From NCBI GenBank assembly GCA_033764315.1, contig JANRJA010000187.1:15243-79242 (forward strand): 64,000 nt of DNA. The letters run 5' to 3'. How positions within the stretch are numbered: position 1 is the first letter of the stretch; the number at the start of each line of letters is the position of its first letter. Under the pieces are notes generated by a model. That model was not told the DNA's origin. It was given only the letters and a program-made list of their open reading frames with translations, and searched no databases. Positions 9,013 through 18,271 of this stretch are shown here, one piece after another. Source of the stretch: Oculatellaceae cyanobacterium bins.114 (GTDB lineage: Bacteria > Cyanobacteriota > Cyanobacteriia > Elainellales > Elainellaceae). The translations under genes and the position numbers were made by a program.

Positions 9013-10223
9013 AAGTGATGCGTAAACTCGCCAATCAAATCAACTCGCCCTTTTCGCAACACGGCTGGGTCTAGCCGCTCAGTGGTGTTGCAAGTCATCA
9101 TCACCACCAGGCGTTGACGGGCTTGAATCTCCATCTCATCCACCACACTTTGATAGAGGGTGCCATCCAGCAAACTGAGAATGTGTTCAGTCTTGTTGTT
9201 GGTTTGAGCCATCTCAAACGCCCGATTCTTGGCCAAATTATCCGCCTCATTAATAATGATGCAGATGCGTTCTAGATAGCCTGGGGGAATAAAATTCTCT
9301 ACGGCATCATGATCGAGGATAAAAATGACATAGCCCAGAGGTGCCAGGATTTCTTGAGCAACCGCTTGAGTCCAGGCTGTTTTGCCTGTTCCCGGTTCAC
9401 CTTGCACCAACACCGCCAGTTGATTTTGGTTGAGAATGGCTTGTTGCACCGCATCGGTAAAACTTTGAATCTCTGGGGGAAAATCTCGAATTGAAAATTG
9501 GCTATTGACTTTTCCGACACGGCTTTGATAACCGCTCAACATCACCGCCAAATTAAAAGTGGCTTTGTGAATCAGGGGTGCTAAATCGTCAGCAATCAGC
9601 GTATACCACCGCTTGCCCTGGCGATCGCCCGGATCAATCTGCAACCACATTTGATACTTTGCCCAATAGGCATACGCCGTGCCAATGACCTCTAGCCGTT
9701 CCCAACTGGTAAAGCGATCGACAGGGTAATAAAAATATCGATCCATGCAGTATTGGGTAATGATGTCAGGGCGACCCAAAAATTCCAAAATTTTGAGAAT
9801 GGTAATTTCTTGCAATCGTCGCAACACATAGTCAACCGGAATGCTATCTCGGCTAACGGCTTGTTTGATAGGGGTTTCAGTACTTAAAACATCTTTAAAG
9901 CGGCGATCGGGGGCGGGGGGTTCTGGCGTGACATAATTCCAGAATTGATCGACGGCATAGCGAGTATTTTCTGAAAACACGTTTAAAATGTTTGCCCACC
10001 ACGCAAATTCATTTCGCCCCATTGCGTTAGCAACACTGCTCGTAACATCCATGACTTTATAGGAGAGTTCCCAGGTGTCATGGAGCACCAGTTGTCCCAA
10101 AAAGCTCAAATCAAGTTGACGCACCAGCGGTCGCCACCCTGACGCTAGTAACCCCTTAGCTTGTGGGCTGCTGTCAGGAGAACCATAATCGTTCCAAGGA
10201 TAACCTGAACTCATGAGGTGCAA
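9006..10223 (-). CDS. AAA+ ATPase domain protein
   Basis: Walker A GEPGTGKT, Walker B-like IIINEAD, second region of homology TCNTTERLDPAVLRKGRVD; start uncertain (ATG at 10214 possible). Confidence 0.8.
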   Translation of the reverse strand: MHLMSSGYPWNDYGSPDSSPQAKGLLASGWRPLVRQLDLSFLGQLVLHDTWELSYKVMDVTSSVANAMGRNEFAWWANILNVFSENTRYAVDQFWNYVTPEPPAPDRRFKDVLSTETPIKQAVSRDSIPVDYVLRRLQEITILKILEFLGRPDIITQYCMDRYFYYPVDRFTSWERLEVIGTAYAYWAKYQMWLQIDPGDRQGKRWYTLIADDLAPLIHKATFNLAVMLSGYQSRVGKVNSQFSIRDFPPEIQSFTDAVQQAILNQNQLAVLVQGEPGTGKTAWTQAVAQEILAPLGYVIFILDHDAVENFIPPGYLERICIIINEADNLAKNRAFEMAQTNNKTEHILSLLDGTLYQSVVDEMEIQARQRLVVMMTCNTTERLDPAVLRKGRVDLIGEFTHHFV

Positions 10224-10387
10224 AGACTCATTACAACTGATCGAAGACGTAGCTCGAAAGAGAACGAGAAGACAACAACGATAGAGCAGATTTGTGTATC
10301 CGCTATTCTAACGCTCTGCTCTAAACTCGCGAGAGCAACTCACCAGTTATACTACAAATACTACACATAATACAAGTATTACCCGTT

Positions 10388-11155
10388 TTAGGAGGCGGCT
10401 TCTAGCAATTGATGGGCCAACGCCAGATTAAAATATGAGGCAGAATGGGGGTTTCCAGCGATCGCCCGAAATGGCAGATCAGGCTCCCCAAACTGATCGA
10501 TCACCAATTCTGCACCTGTAAAGTTGTGGTTTTGAGTGTAGCCATTGACCGTAATCACCGTTGGCAGGTTTGCCCCTAGAGATGATTTCAAGCCTTGCTG
10601 TGAGTCTTCAAAGGCCAGACAAGCTCTGGGATTGAGATCCAGTTTTTGTAATACGTAGTCGTAAATGTCAGGGGCAGGTTTCTTCGCAGGGACAATGTCA
10701 CCTGCGGCGATGATTTCAAACCAATCGGCACTATCAGCCGCTAATGCGTTTTCGAGCAGAGCAGTGACATTAGCAGGGGTGGTGGTGGTGGCGATCGCCA
10801 ATTTTATCCCCTGCTGTTTTGCCTCCAGCAGCAGTCGCCGCACCCCAGGTCGCAAGGGAATCTTGCCCTCACTCAACAGTTGCGTGTAGTGCTTGGTTTT
10901 TGCCGCATGGAGTCCGGCAATCCACTCTTTGAGGTTAGCCGGAGGTTCTAAATCAGGCTGATGGCGATCGATATAAAACTTGATGCGCTCTTTGCCACCC
11001 GTCACCTCTAACAGTTCACCATATAATTCCACTGACCAGTCCCACGATAAGCCCGCATCTGCAAAGGCACGATTAAACGCAATGCGATGTCCATCTCGTT
11101 CGGTATCCGCCAGGGTGCCGTCCACGTCAAAAATCAAGGCTTGCAGTTGAGTCAT
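10388..11155 (-). CDS. cbbY: HAD hydrolase, CbbY-like sugar phosphatase
   Basis: FDVDGTLADTERDGHRIAFN, TGGKERI, KKPAPDIY, FEDS motifs. Confidence 0.85.
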   Translation of the reverse strand: MTQLQALIFDVDGTLADTERDGHRIAFNRAFADAGLSWDWSVELYGELLEVTGGKERIKFYIDRHQPDLEPPANLKEWIAGLHAAKTKHYTQLLSEGKIPLRPGVRRLLLEAKQQGIKLAIATTTTPANVTALLENALAADSADWFEIIAAGDIVPAKKPAPDIYDYVLQKLDLNPRACLAFEDSQQGLKSSLGANLPTVITVNGYTQNHNFTGAELVIDQFGEPDLPFRAIAGNPHSASYFNLALAHQLLEAAS

Positions 11156-11537
11156 GGTTAGAGTTTGGTAGAGAAGCTGGGATAACAGGCGTTAATAATC
11201 TCAGTTGCAGTCAAAAAGATTATTAGTTTAATGTACTTTTTGTAGGTTGACCGAGTCTATAGCAAACCGATCAGGTGATCAGGTCATGACCTCCTAGAGA
11301 AATGGCTGATCTGTGAGGAAGAGCTGAGTCATAATTAACGCTTGATCTGACGTAGAACGATGCCAGTTCATCAGGTTATGAAGAACCGGGGAGCTCAACC
11401 CCTGAGTTGCCCACCGCGTTATTGATCGCCTGTCATCTGCGATCACCCCTCACCCTAAAACGTCTAAATCGATGCGGCAAACACCACGACTTTTCCCTGA
11501 TGGTTAATAATGGCAATAGAGTTTTGGGAAATGTGCC

Positions 11538-12419
11538 GTGTTTAACAAGCGATATCGTTGGCTGACAGTAACCATATTGGCGATCGCCACCCTCGCTTTT
11601 TCAGGATTTTTGCTCCTGTCGATCTTTGCGCCTTTGTTTCAAGGTGGTCTAGCCGGATCTCCGTCTCCTGAGGCTTCGACGACCGCTTCGCCTCAGGCAG
11701 ATTTAGAAGCGCAAGCAAAAGGATATGAACTAGTCTTACAACGAGAACCCGACAATCAGACGGCTCTCAAAGGATTGATCGATACTCGCATTCAACAAGG
11801 CAATATTGAGGCCACGATCGCCCCACTCGAAAAGTTAGCGGCGTTAAACCCAGGACAACCCGAATATACGGTGTTGCTGGCACAGGCAAAACAACGAATT
11901 GGCGATCGTGAAGGAGCCGCTCAAGCCTATCGCAGCATTTTGTCGTCTCGTCCGGGTGATCTGAACGCGCTGCAAGGATTGGTGGATTTAATGCTAGAGC
12001 AGGAGCGACCACAGGCCGCGATTGGTTTGTTGCAAGACACCCTCAAAACCGCTGATGAAGCCAATCGAATTCAACCGGGCAGTGTTGATGTCACCTCAGT
12101 GCAACTGTTGTTAGGACGGGTCTATGCTGAGGAAGGACGCTTTGACGAGGCGATCGCAGTGTATGACCAATCGATTGAGAGCGATCGGCAAGACTTTCGT
12201 CCGGTGTTAGGCAAAGCTCTCGTGTTGCAAAGTCAGGGCAAAAACGAAGAAGCACAACCCCTATTTGTTAGCGCAGCCGCCCTGGCACCCGCCCAATACA
12301 AAGATCAGATTAATCAAATTGCATCGAGTGCTTCTCCAACCCCAGCCGCATCTTCGGCTCCTGAGGGTAGCCCCGCTCCTGAAGCTAGTCCTACTCCAGC
12401 CGCATCATCCACTCCCTAA
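11538..12419 (+). CDS. Membrane-anchored tetratricopeptide repeat protein
   Basis: N-terminal hydrophobic segment, GYELVLQREPDNQTAL and further TPR units; ASPTPAASS repeated in tail. Confidence 0.85.
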   Translation: MFNKRYRWLTVTILAIATLAFSGFLLLSIFAPLFQGGLAGSPSPEASTTASPQADLEAQAKGYELVLQREPDNQTALKGLIDTRIQQGNIEATIAPLEKLAALNPGQPEYTVLLAQAKQRIGDREGAAQAYRSILSSRPGDLNALQGLVDLMLEQERPQAAIGLLQDTLKTADEANRIQPGSVDVTSVQLLLGRVYAEEGRFDEAIAVYDQSIESDRQDFRPVLGKALVLQSQGKNEEAQPLFVSAAALAPAQYKDQINQIASSASPTPAASSAPEGSPAPEASPTPAASSTP

Positions 12420-12422
12420 ACC

Positions 12423-13478
12423 ATGAATTTTGCTAGCGATAACGTCACCGGAGTTTCTCCAGAAATTATGGCTGCCCTCGTTGCTGCCAATCAAGGCAGT
12501 GCCATGCCCTATGGCGCAGACTCGGTCAGCCAGCGTCTCAATGCTCTTTTTTCAGACCTGTTTGAAACTGAGGTTGTGATGTTTCCAGTGGCGACTGGTT
12601 CTGCTGCCAATGCCCTGGCTCTGTCGGTCATGTCGCCACCGTTTGGGGCGATCTACTGCCACCCAGAGGCACACATCAATGTAGACGAGTGTGGTGCCCC
12701 CGAACTGTATACAGGGGGAGCCAAATTAGTCTTGCTGCCCGGTGCCAATGGCAAAATCACAGCGGACACGTTAGAGGCCACCGTGAGCAAGGCTGGGGCA
12801 GGCGTGGTGCATAGCGTTCAACCTGCCGCCGTGAGCTTGACTCAGGCAACCGAAGCCGGAACAGTCTACTCGATTGCAGAAGTGCAGGCGATCGCTCAGG
12901 TGGCTCAGGCTCATCATCTGTCATTGCACATGGATGGAGCACGCTTTGCCAATGCGGTCGTTAGCCTGGGGTGTGCTCCGGCAGATATCACCTGGCGCGC
13001 CGGGGTAGATGTGCTCTCCTTTGGGGCGACCAAAAATGGGGCAATGGCAGCCGAAGCGGTCATTTTCTTTAATCCTTCATTGAGTGAGTCCTTTGGTTAT
13101 CGGCGCAAACGAGGGGGTCACCTATTCTCAAAAATGCGGTTTCTCTCGGCTCAACTAGAGGCTTACATCACGGATGATCTCTGGCTTAAAAATGCGACTC
13201 ACGCCAACCAGATGGCCCACAAATTGGCTCAAGGATTAGCCGCTATTCCAAAGGTTAAGCTGTGCTATCCCGTTGAGGCCAATGAGATTTTTGTGCAATT
13301 TCCAGAGGCGATCGCTAACGGCTTGCTATCCAGTGGCTTTCAGTTCTATCATCAACCCACTCCAGATCACACCATCACTGCACGGCTCGTCACCGCTTTT
13401 AACACCCGCGCCGAAGACGTCACCGCTTTTGTTGCAACGGCTAATCGCTATGCCGCGCCTGTTGGAAGTCAGGTTTAA
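12423..13478 (+). CDS. ltaE: Low-specificity L-threonine aldolase
   Basis: MNFASDN, TGSAANAL, DECGAPE, LHMDGARFANA, LSFGATKNG (PLP lysine). Confidence 0.9.
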   Translation: MNFASDNVTGVSPEIMAALVAANQGSAMPYGADSVSQRLNALFSDLFETEVVMFPVATGSAANALALSVMSPPFGAIYCHPEAHINVDECGAPELYTGGAKLVLLPGANGKITADTLEATVSKAGAGVVHSVQPAAVSLTQATEAGTVYSIAEVQAIAQVAQAHHLSLHMDGARFANAVVSLGCAPADITWRAGVDVLSFGATKNGAMAAEAVIFFNPSLSESFGYRRKRGGHLFSKMRFLSAQLEAYITDDLWLKNATHANQMAHKLAQGLAAIPKVKLCYPVEANEIFVQFPEAIANGLLSSGFQFYHQPTPDHTITARLVTAFNTRAEDVTAFVATANRYAAPVGSQV

Positions 13479-13579
13479 AGATTATTCAATTCTATCAACC
13501 ACATATTTAGTAGTGGACTAGACTTAAAAGCGTGGTTAAATAGCCAAGTATAACCATATCTGGAGGTCTAGATAAGGCT

Positions 13580-15928
13580 ATGGGGTTTTGGGAATTTCTC
13601 ATCCAAAAAGAAGGCGATCGCTCCTGGCTGCCTCTAGAGTCTCCAGATGTTGAGATTTTAGAAGGACGCTATCGAGTAGTGGCTCGGTCAAACCGGGTCA
13701 ACACGCCTGTTGAGATTCAAGTGACACACATTGCGATCGCTGAGAATCCGCCCAAGCGTCGCACTCAAAAGCGATCGGGTCAGACCAATCTAGATGGGTT
13801 GGTTGTGGTGATTCCTTTTACACGATTGCAACCCGGCATTTGGGAATTGAGCTGTGCCGGAGATTTAATGGCAGACTTTGCTGGAGAAGGGTGGCACTAT
13901 ACAGTGAAGTTGCAGGTGCTATCTCATGCGAGTGAAACAACAGAGGAATGGGAACCCGACTGGCAAACCGATGCATCAGAGTCACCATCTCCCCTCCAGA
14001 CTGCCCCTCCACCTCCTGAGAGTACACCACCACCACCACCACCAATTCCTCCTAGAGGCTCGGTTGAACCGTCCTTTGACCCGCCTACAGCAGTGTCACC
14101 AGAGCCAGAGTTAGAAAGGCTGACTGTTGTGCCACCGCCTCCACCAGCGATCGCCCCACCCGTTGATCCAGTGTTAGAGGATGAGCCAGAGGAGCCTAGA
14201 GCCAAGATCAGTGAGGCGATAACCACATCTGACATTTTTCAGATGGCAAAACGGCTCTCTCAAGAAGTCGTCGATGCGGTGTTTCAAGATCTTGAGGCGA
14301 CTCCCGAATCTAGATCAGAAGCTGAAACCAGCCAGCCTCCAACCCTTGAATCTCCCCTAGCAGACCCTCCCATAACACCCGTTGCTGCGGTTCAGGAGAC
14401 TCTTATACCGCCGTCAGAGGTGTCTTCTGCCCCCATCACCGATTATCCAACCGTACGGCTGACCCTCAATCGCGACACCTACACCGCTCGTCGAGGCGAA
14501 ACCTTAACCCTGTCAGGACAAATCGAACGATTACCGATTAATTTAACGCCCATTGCTATCCCTAAAGTAGAGCTACGCATCCGCTTAAACGATCCTCAAA
14601 CCGCTCAAGTCTTGGTCGATGTGGGGCGATCGCTGCCGATTCAAACCGTGCCGTCGCCGTTTGAGTGCACGATCACCATTCCCAGTGGCTATCAAACTCG
14701 TCTGCTGTTAGGAGACATCACGCTAGTCGGTGGAAAAAGCAAATTAGCCACTCAATCCTTTAGTGTCACAGCCGACCTCACAGAATTGCTAGAAGCTCTT
14801 GCAAATGCCTATCCAGAATCTGACTTGGTGCAACCCCCGTTAGAGTTCACAACGCCAGCAACTGTTGCTGATCTGGATCTGACATTTTTGGAGTTTTTAC
14901 AAACTCCTAAGCCCATGTTGCAGTTTCAGCCTTCTGATCAGCAAGCTATTCCCCCTCAACTGAGTTCCACAAAATCGTCTCATGCCGCTCAACGCACCTC
15001 GATTGCCGCACCTATGACCGTTGGTGTCACCGGAACGGCCCCTGCCACTCATAGTGTGGCTAATGCGACCTCAGACTTAGAGTTGCCCTCATTGCCCTCA
15101 TTATCCGCACCGCCTCCTGATGCCGTCCATCCTCCCCTCACTGAGCCAGATTCATCCCCAGCAGATTCATCCACAAGTGCAACACCGCCGCAACTCACAC
15201 TCTCTGACCTTGTGTTGGATGACGACAACATTCCAGCGCAAGCATGGCAAACCCTATCCCAGCCTGCACCCTCTCCACCCCCACCTCCCAAGCGATCGCC
15301 CTCTCCAGCCGATCAAGCCTTTCAATCGCTAAATCTGCAAAATCGCTTTTTATCACGGCTCAATGCGTTAGCCGGAGATGCAGAACTGTCGAGTTCATTG
15401 CATCAACACCCCATTGAGGCGTTACCTGTCAATGAGGCTCCACTCGGCTTAGACACCGATTTGGCAGCGCATGAAGTGGTGGTTGAAGACGAACCTCTCT
15501 CTCCTGCCTATGCTCGTCAAACAGCCCCAGTTGAGCCTCCAGCGGCTCTTGTCCTCTCTGATGAAGAGTCTGTCCCAGAACCTGAATTGAGCATCCCCAG
15601 CGGAGAACTAGTGTCGGGTCGTTCTATCTTTGTCACGGTCAAGTTGCCCGATGTAAAATCTCGGATTTACGTCAAAATGTGGGTGCTCGATCGGCAAACT
15701 CGGTCTTTGCTCGATGGCCCGCGTTGGTTCATGGCATTTGTACCGGATGGATTAGGCTATTTAGAAACTCGAACCCAAGTAACCGTGCCCTATGGTTGCC
15801 TGGAAGTGGTATTTGAAGCGATCGCCATTGAGATGATGACCAAACGCGAAAGCCATAAAGTCGTGATTAACCGTAAAATCATCCCTCCTGATCTACCCTC
15901 GCTGACAGAAGAGGATATAGAAATCTAG
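13580..15928 (+). CDS. Large Pro-rich hypothetical protein
   Basis: 782-aa ORF; WEFLIQKEGDRSWLPL N-domain and C-terminal beta-rich domain joined by Pro/Glu-rich linkers. Confidence 0.75.
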   Translation: MGFWEFLIQKEGDRSWLPLESPDVEILEGRYRVVARSNRVNTPVEIQVTHIAIAENPPKRRTQKRSGQTNLDGLVVVIPFTRLQPGIWELSCAGDLMADFAGEGWHYTVKLQVLSHASETTEEWEPDWQTDASESPSPLQTAPPPPESTPPPPPPIPPRGSVEPSFDPPTAVSPEPELERLTVVPPPPPAIAPPVDPVLEDEPEEPRAKISEAITTSDIFQMAKRLSQEVVDAVFQDLEATPESRSEAETSQPPTLESPLADPPITPVAAVQETLIPPSEVSSAPITDYPTVRLTLNRDTYTARRGETLTLSGQIERLPINLTPIAIPKVELRIRLNDPQTAQVLVDVGRSLPIQTVPSPFECTITIPSGYQTRLLLGDITLVGGKSKLATQSFSVTADLTELLEALANAYPESDLVQPPLEFTTPATVADLDLTFLEFLQTPKPMLQFQPSDQQAIPPQLSSTKSSHAAQRTSIAAPMTVGVTGTAPATHSVANATSDLELPSLPSLSAPPPDAVHPPLTEPDSSPADSSTSATPPQLTLSDLVLDDDNIPAQAWQTLSQPAPSPPPPPKRSPSPADQAFQSLNLQNRFLSRLNALAGDAELSSSLHQHPIEALPVNEAPLGLDTDLAAHEVVVEDEPLSPAYARQTAPVEPPAALVLSDEESVPEPELSIPSGELVSGRSIFVTVKLPDVKSRIYVKMWVLDRQTRSLLDGPRWFMAFVPDGLGYLETRTQVTVPYGCLEVVFEAIAIEMMTKRESHKVVINRKIIPPDLPSLTEEDIEI

Positions 15929-16078
15929 GGTTCAGGGGTCTTGCCGTCCTGATCAGCGACAACATCCCTGACCCTCAATTGAGTGATGATTTGTTAAAAA
16001 TCTTTAGCAATCCACAAAATGTTCTCATTTCGCAGTAGATTCTGTTCTGACGACTCTTTTAGATAGGAAGTTTTGGTT

Positions 16079-16195
16079 ATGGCAGCCTCGTTCTTGCCTT
16101 CGATTTTCGTACCTATTGTCGGATGGGTTTTTCCTGCTGTGACAATGGCATTGTTGTTCATCTATATTGAGCGGGAAGACGCAGACGGTATCTAA
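16079..16195 (+). CDS. psaI: Photosystem I subunit VIII (PsaI), not in ORF track
   Basis: Manual translation [38 protein letters not shown] (38 aa), upstream of psaL. Confidence 0.95.
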   Translation: MAASFLPSIFVPIVGWVFPAVTMALLFIYIEREDADGI

Positions 16196-16271
16196 TTTCC
16201 TCGCTAATTTTGATCTTCTTGACTTTGGAATCAGTAGTAGGCGTTACAAAGAATTTTGGAGATACCCAACA

Positions 16272-16754
16272 ATGACAGTAGATGTAGTCAAAGCAGCAGA
16301 TGATCCTCAAATTGGTAATCTCGCTACTCCGATTAATTCCTCCCCTTTCACAAAAGCCCTGATTAACAATTTGCCCGCTTATCGAGCAGGTCTATCTGCT
16401 CAACGGCGTGGGTTAGAAATTGGCATGGCTCATGGCTATTTGCTCTTTGGACCCTTCGCGTTCACCAGCCAATTCCGCAATTCCTCTGTGTCTGATGTCG
16501 TGGGTCTAATCGAAGCTGTAATCTTAGTCGTGATTCTCACCGTTTGCCTGTCCCTCTATGGCGGTGTCGGTGTTCAAAAGCCCATCGCTACGATCACAAC
16601 TCCCAACCCTCCTGAATCACTTGGCACCTCTGAAGGCTGGAGTGAGTTTGCTGGAAGTTTCTTGGTCGGTGGCATTGGTGGAGCAGCCTTTGCCTATATC
16701 GTGTATGAAATCTTTAAGTCTGGTGTCATGGAAACCTTTGGCAACTTGCTGTAA
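16272..16754 (+). CDS. psaL: Photosystem I subunit XI (PsaL)
   Basis: DPQIGNLATPINSS, NLPAYRAGLS..RRGLEIGMAHGY, GWSEFAGSFLVGGIGGA; likely start ATG 16272 after GGAG. Confidence 0.95.
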   Translation: MTVDVVKAADDPQIGNLATPINSSPFTKALINNLPAYRAGLSAQRRGLEIGMAHGYLLFGPFAFTSQFRNSSVSDVVGLIEAVILVVILTVCLSLYGGVGVQKPIATITTPNPPESLGTSEGWSEFAGSFLVGGIGGAAFAYIVYEIFKSGVMETFGNLL

Positions 16755-16796
16755 GTCTGCCAAGTTTTCTGTTTAGTGATATCCATTCAAGTGATT

Positions 16797-16830
16797 GCCG
16801 GAAGTATGACTGTCATGCTTCCGGTTTTTT
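16797..16830 (+). terminator. Rho-independent terminator after psaIL
   Basis: GCCGGAAGTATGA/TCATGCTTCCGGT stem followed by T-run. Confidence 0.75.
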
Positions 16831-16943
16831 GCATCTCTCTAGACAGAGCAACTGATCCCAATTTAAACAGTAGACCTTACACTTGCCCCTACTGCGGCGT
16901 GGCTGAGGTTTGTGCCGAAGGCTGGGATTTCCATTGCTAAGTA

Positions 16944-17106
16944 ACGTCAGTTCGGTTTAAGAGCCTGGCGAATAAATTCGCGGCTATCAGAGCGTAGTTC
17001 GCCTTCGCGAACTACAGAAAATCAAGGGTTGAGTGAACCGACGCAGGTCGGTTTTGCTCCTGTAGTTGCGGTTTCAACCGCCAAAATCCTTATCCCGAAT
17101 TCACGT
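16944..17106 (+). mobile_element. 163-bp MITE (family A), copy 1
   Basis: TIRs ACGTCAGTTCGG / CCGAATTCACGT; flanked by TAAGTA direct repeats (16938-16943, 17107-17112); four internal hairpins. Confidence 0.9.
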
Positions 17107-17180
17107 TAAGTATAAAAGATGGGTCAGGCAGCCAGATGCAGTACTTTCCTGATCAGCTTCCCGTCCAATTCAAGCCACTT

Positions 17181-17215
17181 AAAAAGGTTGACTATTTGAT
17201 CAAACAGTCAACCTT
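17181..17215 (-). terminator. Terminator downstream of psbEFLJ
   Basis: AAGGTTGACT..AGTCAACCTT inverted repeat followed by T-run on the minus strand. Confidence 0.65.
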
Positions 17216-17280
17216 CTTTCAATGATATGAAATGCGTTTCAAAGAAGCATTTTTCAGTGAATTGCTAAATCAAAAAAGGC

Positions 17281-17400
17281 TCAAATAGAAGAACCAAGAC
17301 CTGCATAGGCACCGTAGAAAAACAAACCTACAACGGTAATCACTCCTAACCCTGCAACCAATCCCACAATCCACAGGGGAATTCTGCCACTTCCAGACAT
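17281..17400 (-). CDS. psbJ: Photosystem II PsbJ, not in ORF track
   Basis: Manual translation [39 protein letters not shown]. Confidence 0.95.
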   Translation of the reverse strand: MSGSGRIPLWIVGLVAGLGVITVVGLFFYGAYAGLGSSI

Positions 17401-17509
17401 GATAGTTAGCTCCTAACGACTTTAAGAGATGATTTGCTTGAACTTACAACCTCAACAGAAAGCCGCTCTACAAGAACAGCATTTCTATGGCTAGAACATC
17501 TGATTTCAG

Positions 17510-17635
17510 CTAGTTGAAGAAATAACTAGAAAATAGAATTCCTAGAACGAAAACTAGAAGCAAGCCTAGATATAGGGAAGTGCGGTTAAGCTCAACAGGC
17601 TGCTTGTTTGGATTTGAACTTCTATCTAATGGCAC
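17510..17635 (-). CDS. psbL: Photosystem II PsbL (GTG start), not in ORF track
   Basis: Manual translation [49 protein letters not shown] overlapping the psbF stop. Confidence 0.93.
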   Translation of the reverse strand: MPLDRSSNPNKQPVELNRTSLYLGLLLVFVLGILFSSYFFN

Positions 17636-17645
17636 GAGACTGCTC

Positions 17646-17780
17646 CTATCGTTGAATAAACTGCATTGCAGCGATCGCCCCCAAAAAGAAAATCGTGGGG
17701 ACAGCGAGAGTGTGAACCGCCAACCATCTAACGGTAAAAATAGGATAAGAAACAGGTTGATTTGGAGTGTTGCTCGTCAT
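17646..17780 (-). CDS. psbF: Cytochrome b559 beta subunit, not in ORF track
   Basis: Manual translation [44 protein letters not shown]. Confidence 0.97.
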   Translation of the reverse strand: MTSNTPNQPVSYPIFTVRWLAVHTLAVPTIFFLGAIAAMQFIQR

Positions 17781-17802
17781 AACTTTTAGTTACCAAATAA
17801 CG

Positions 17803-18057
17803 TTATTTAACCTGGGTCACAAAATTGTCAATTTGCTGCTTGCCTTCATAGCGATCGCTCACAATAGGCACTTCTTGACGCTCTTGCGAATAATACTCAT
17901 TGGGTCTTGGAGTACCAAACACGTCATATGCCAAACCAGTGCTGACAAAGAGCCATCCTGCGATGAACAAAGCAGGAATGGTGATGCTGTGAATCACCCA
18001 ATAACGAATGCTAGTAACAATGTCTGAAAATGGACGCTCACCTGTGGTGCCAGCCAT
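17803..18057 (-). CDS. psbE: Cytochrome b559 alpha subunit
   Basis: [52 protein letters not shown]. Confidence 0.97.
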   Translation of the reverse strand: MAGTTGERPFSDIVTSIRYWVIHSITIPALFIAGWLFVSTGLAYDVFGTPRPNEYYSQERQEVPIVSDRYEGKQQIDNFVTQVK

Positions 18058-18271
18058 TATGATTCCTCCCAATCAAAACAGTAATCGTCTCGTTTTCTAT
18101 CATACGAGAGTGGTGAAACAGTCACAAGCAGAACCAATTAACTAATTCACTAGTACCTATCGTCTGCCTGTCAATTGCTAACAATCACTCTTTTCAATTT
18201 AGTCAATAGCAACTTGCAATTTCTCAAAGTAGGTCACACAAACCATAGAAGACCCTCTGAGACATTGCCTA

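Noticed and set aside
15990..16012. HLR1 (RpaB)-like direct repeat upstream of psaI
   Set aside because: GTTAAAAA-TC-TTTAGCAA has too many mismatches to call from sequence alone
16167..16271. 35-aa N-terminal extension of PsaL in the ORF track
   Set aside because: Overlaps psaI and intergenic DNA; ATG 16272 has an RBS and gives a normal length
16079..16754. Far-red (FaRLiP) psaL2/psaI2 assignment
   Set aside because: No psaA2/B2, chlF or rfpABC genes in the window
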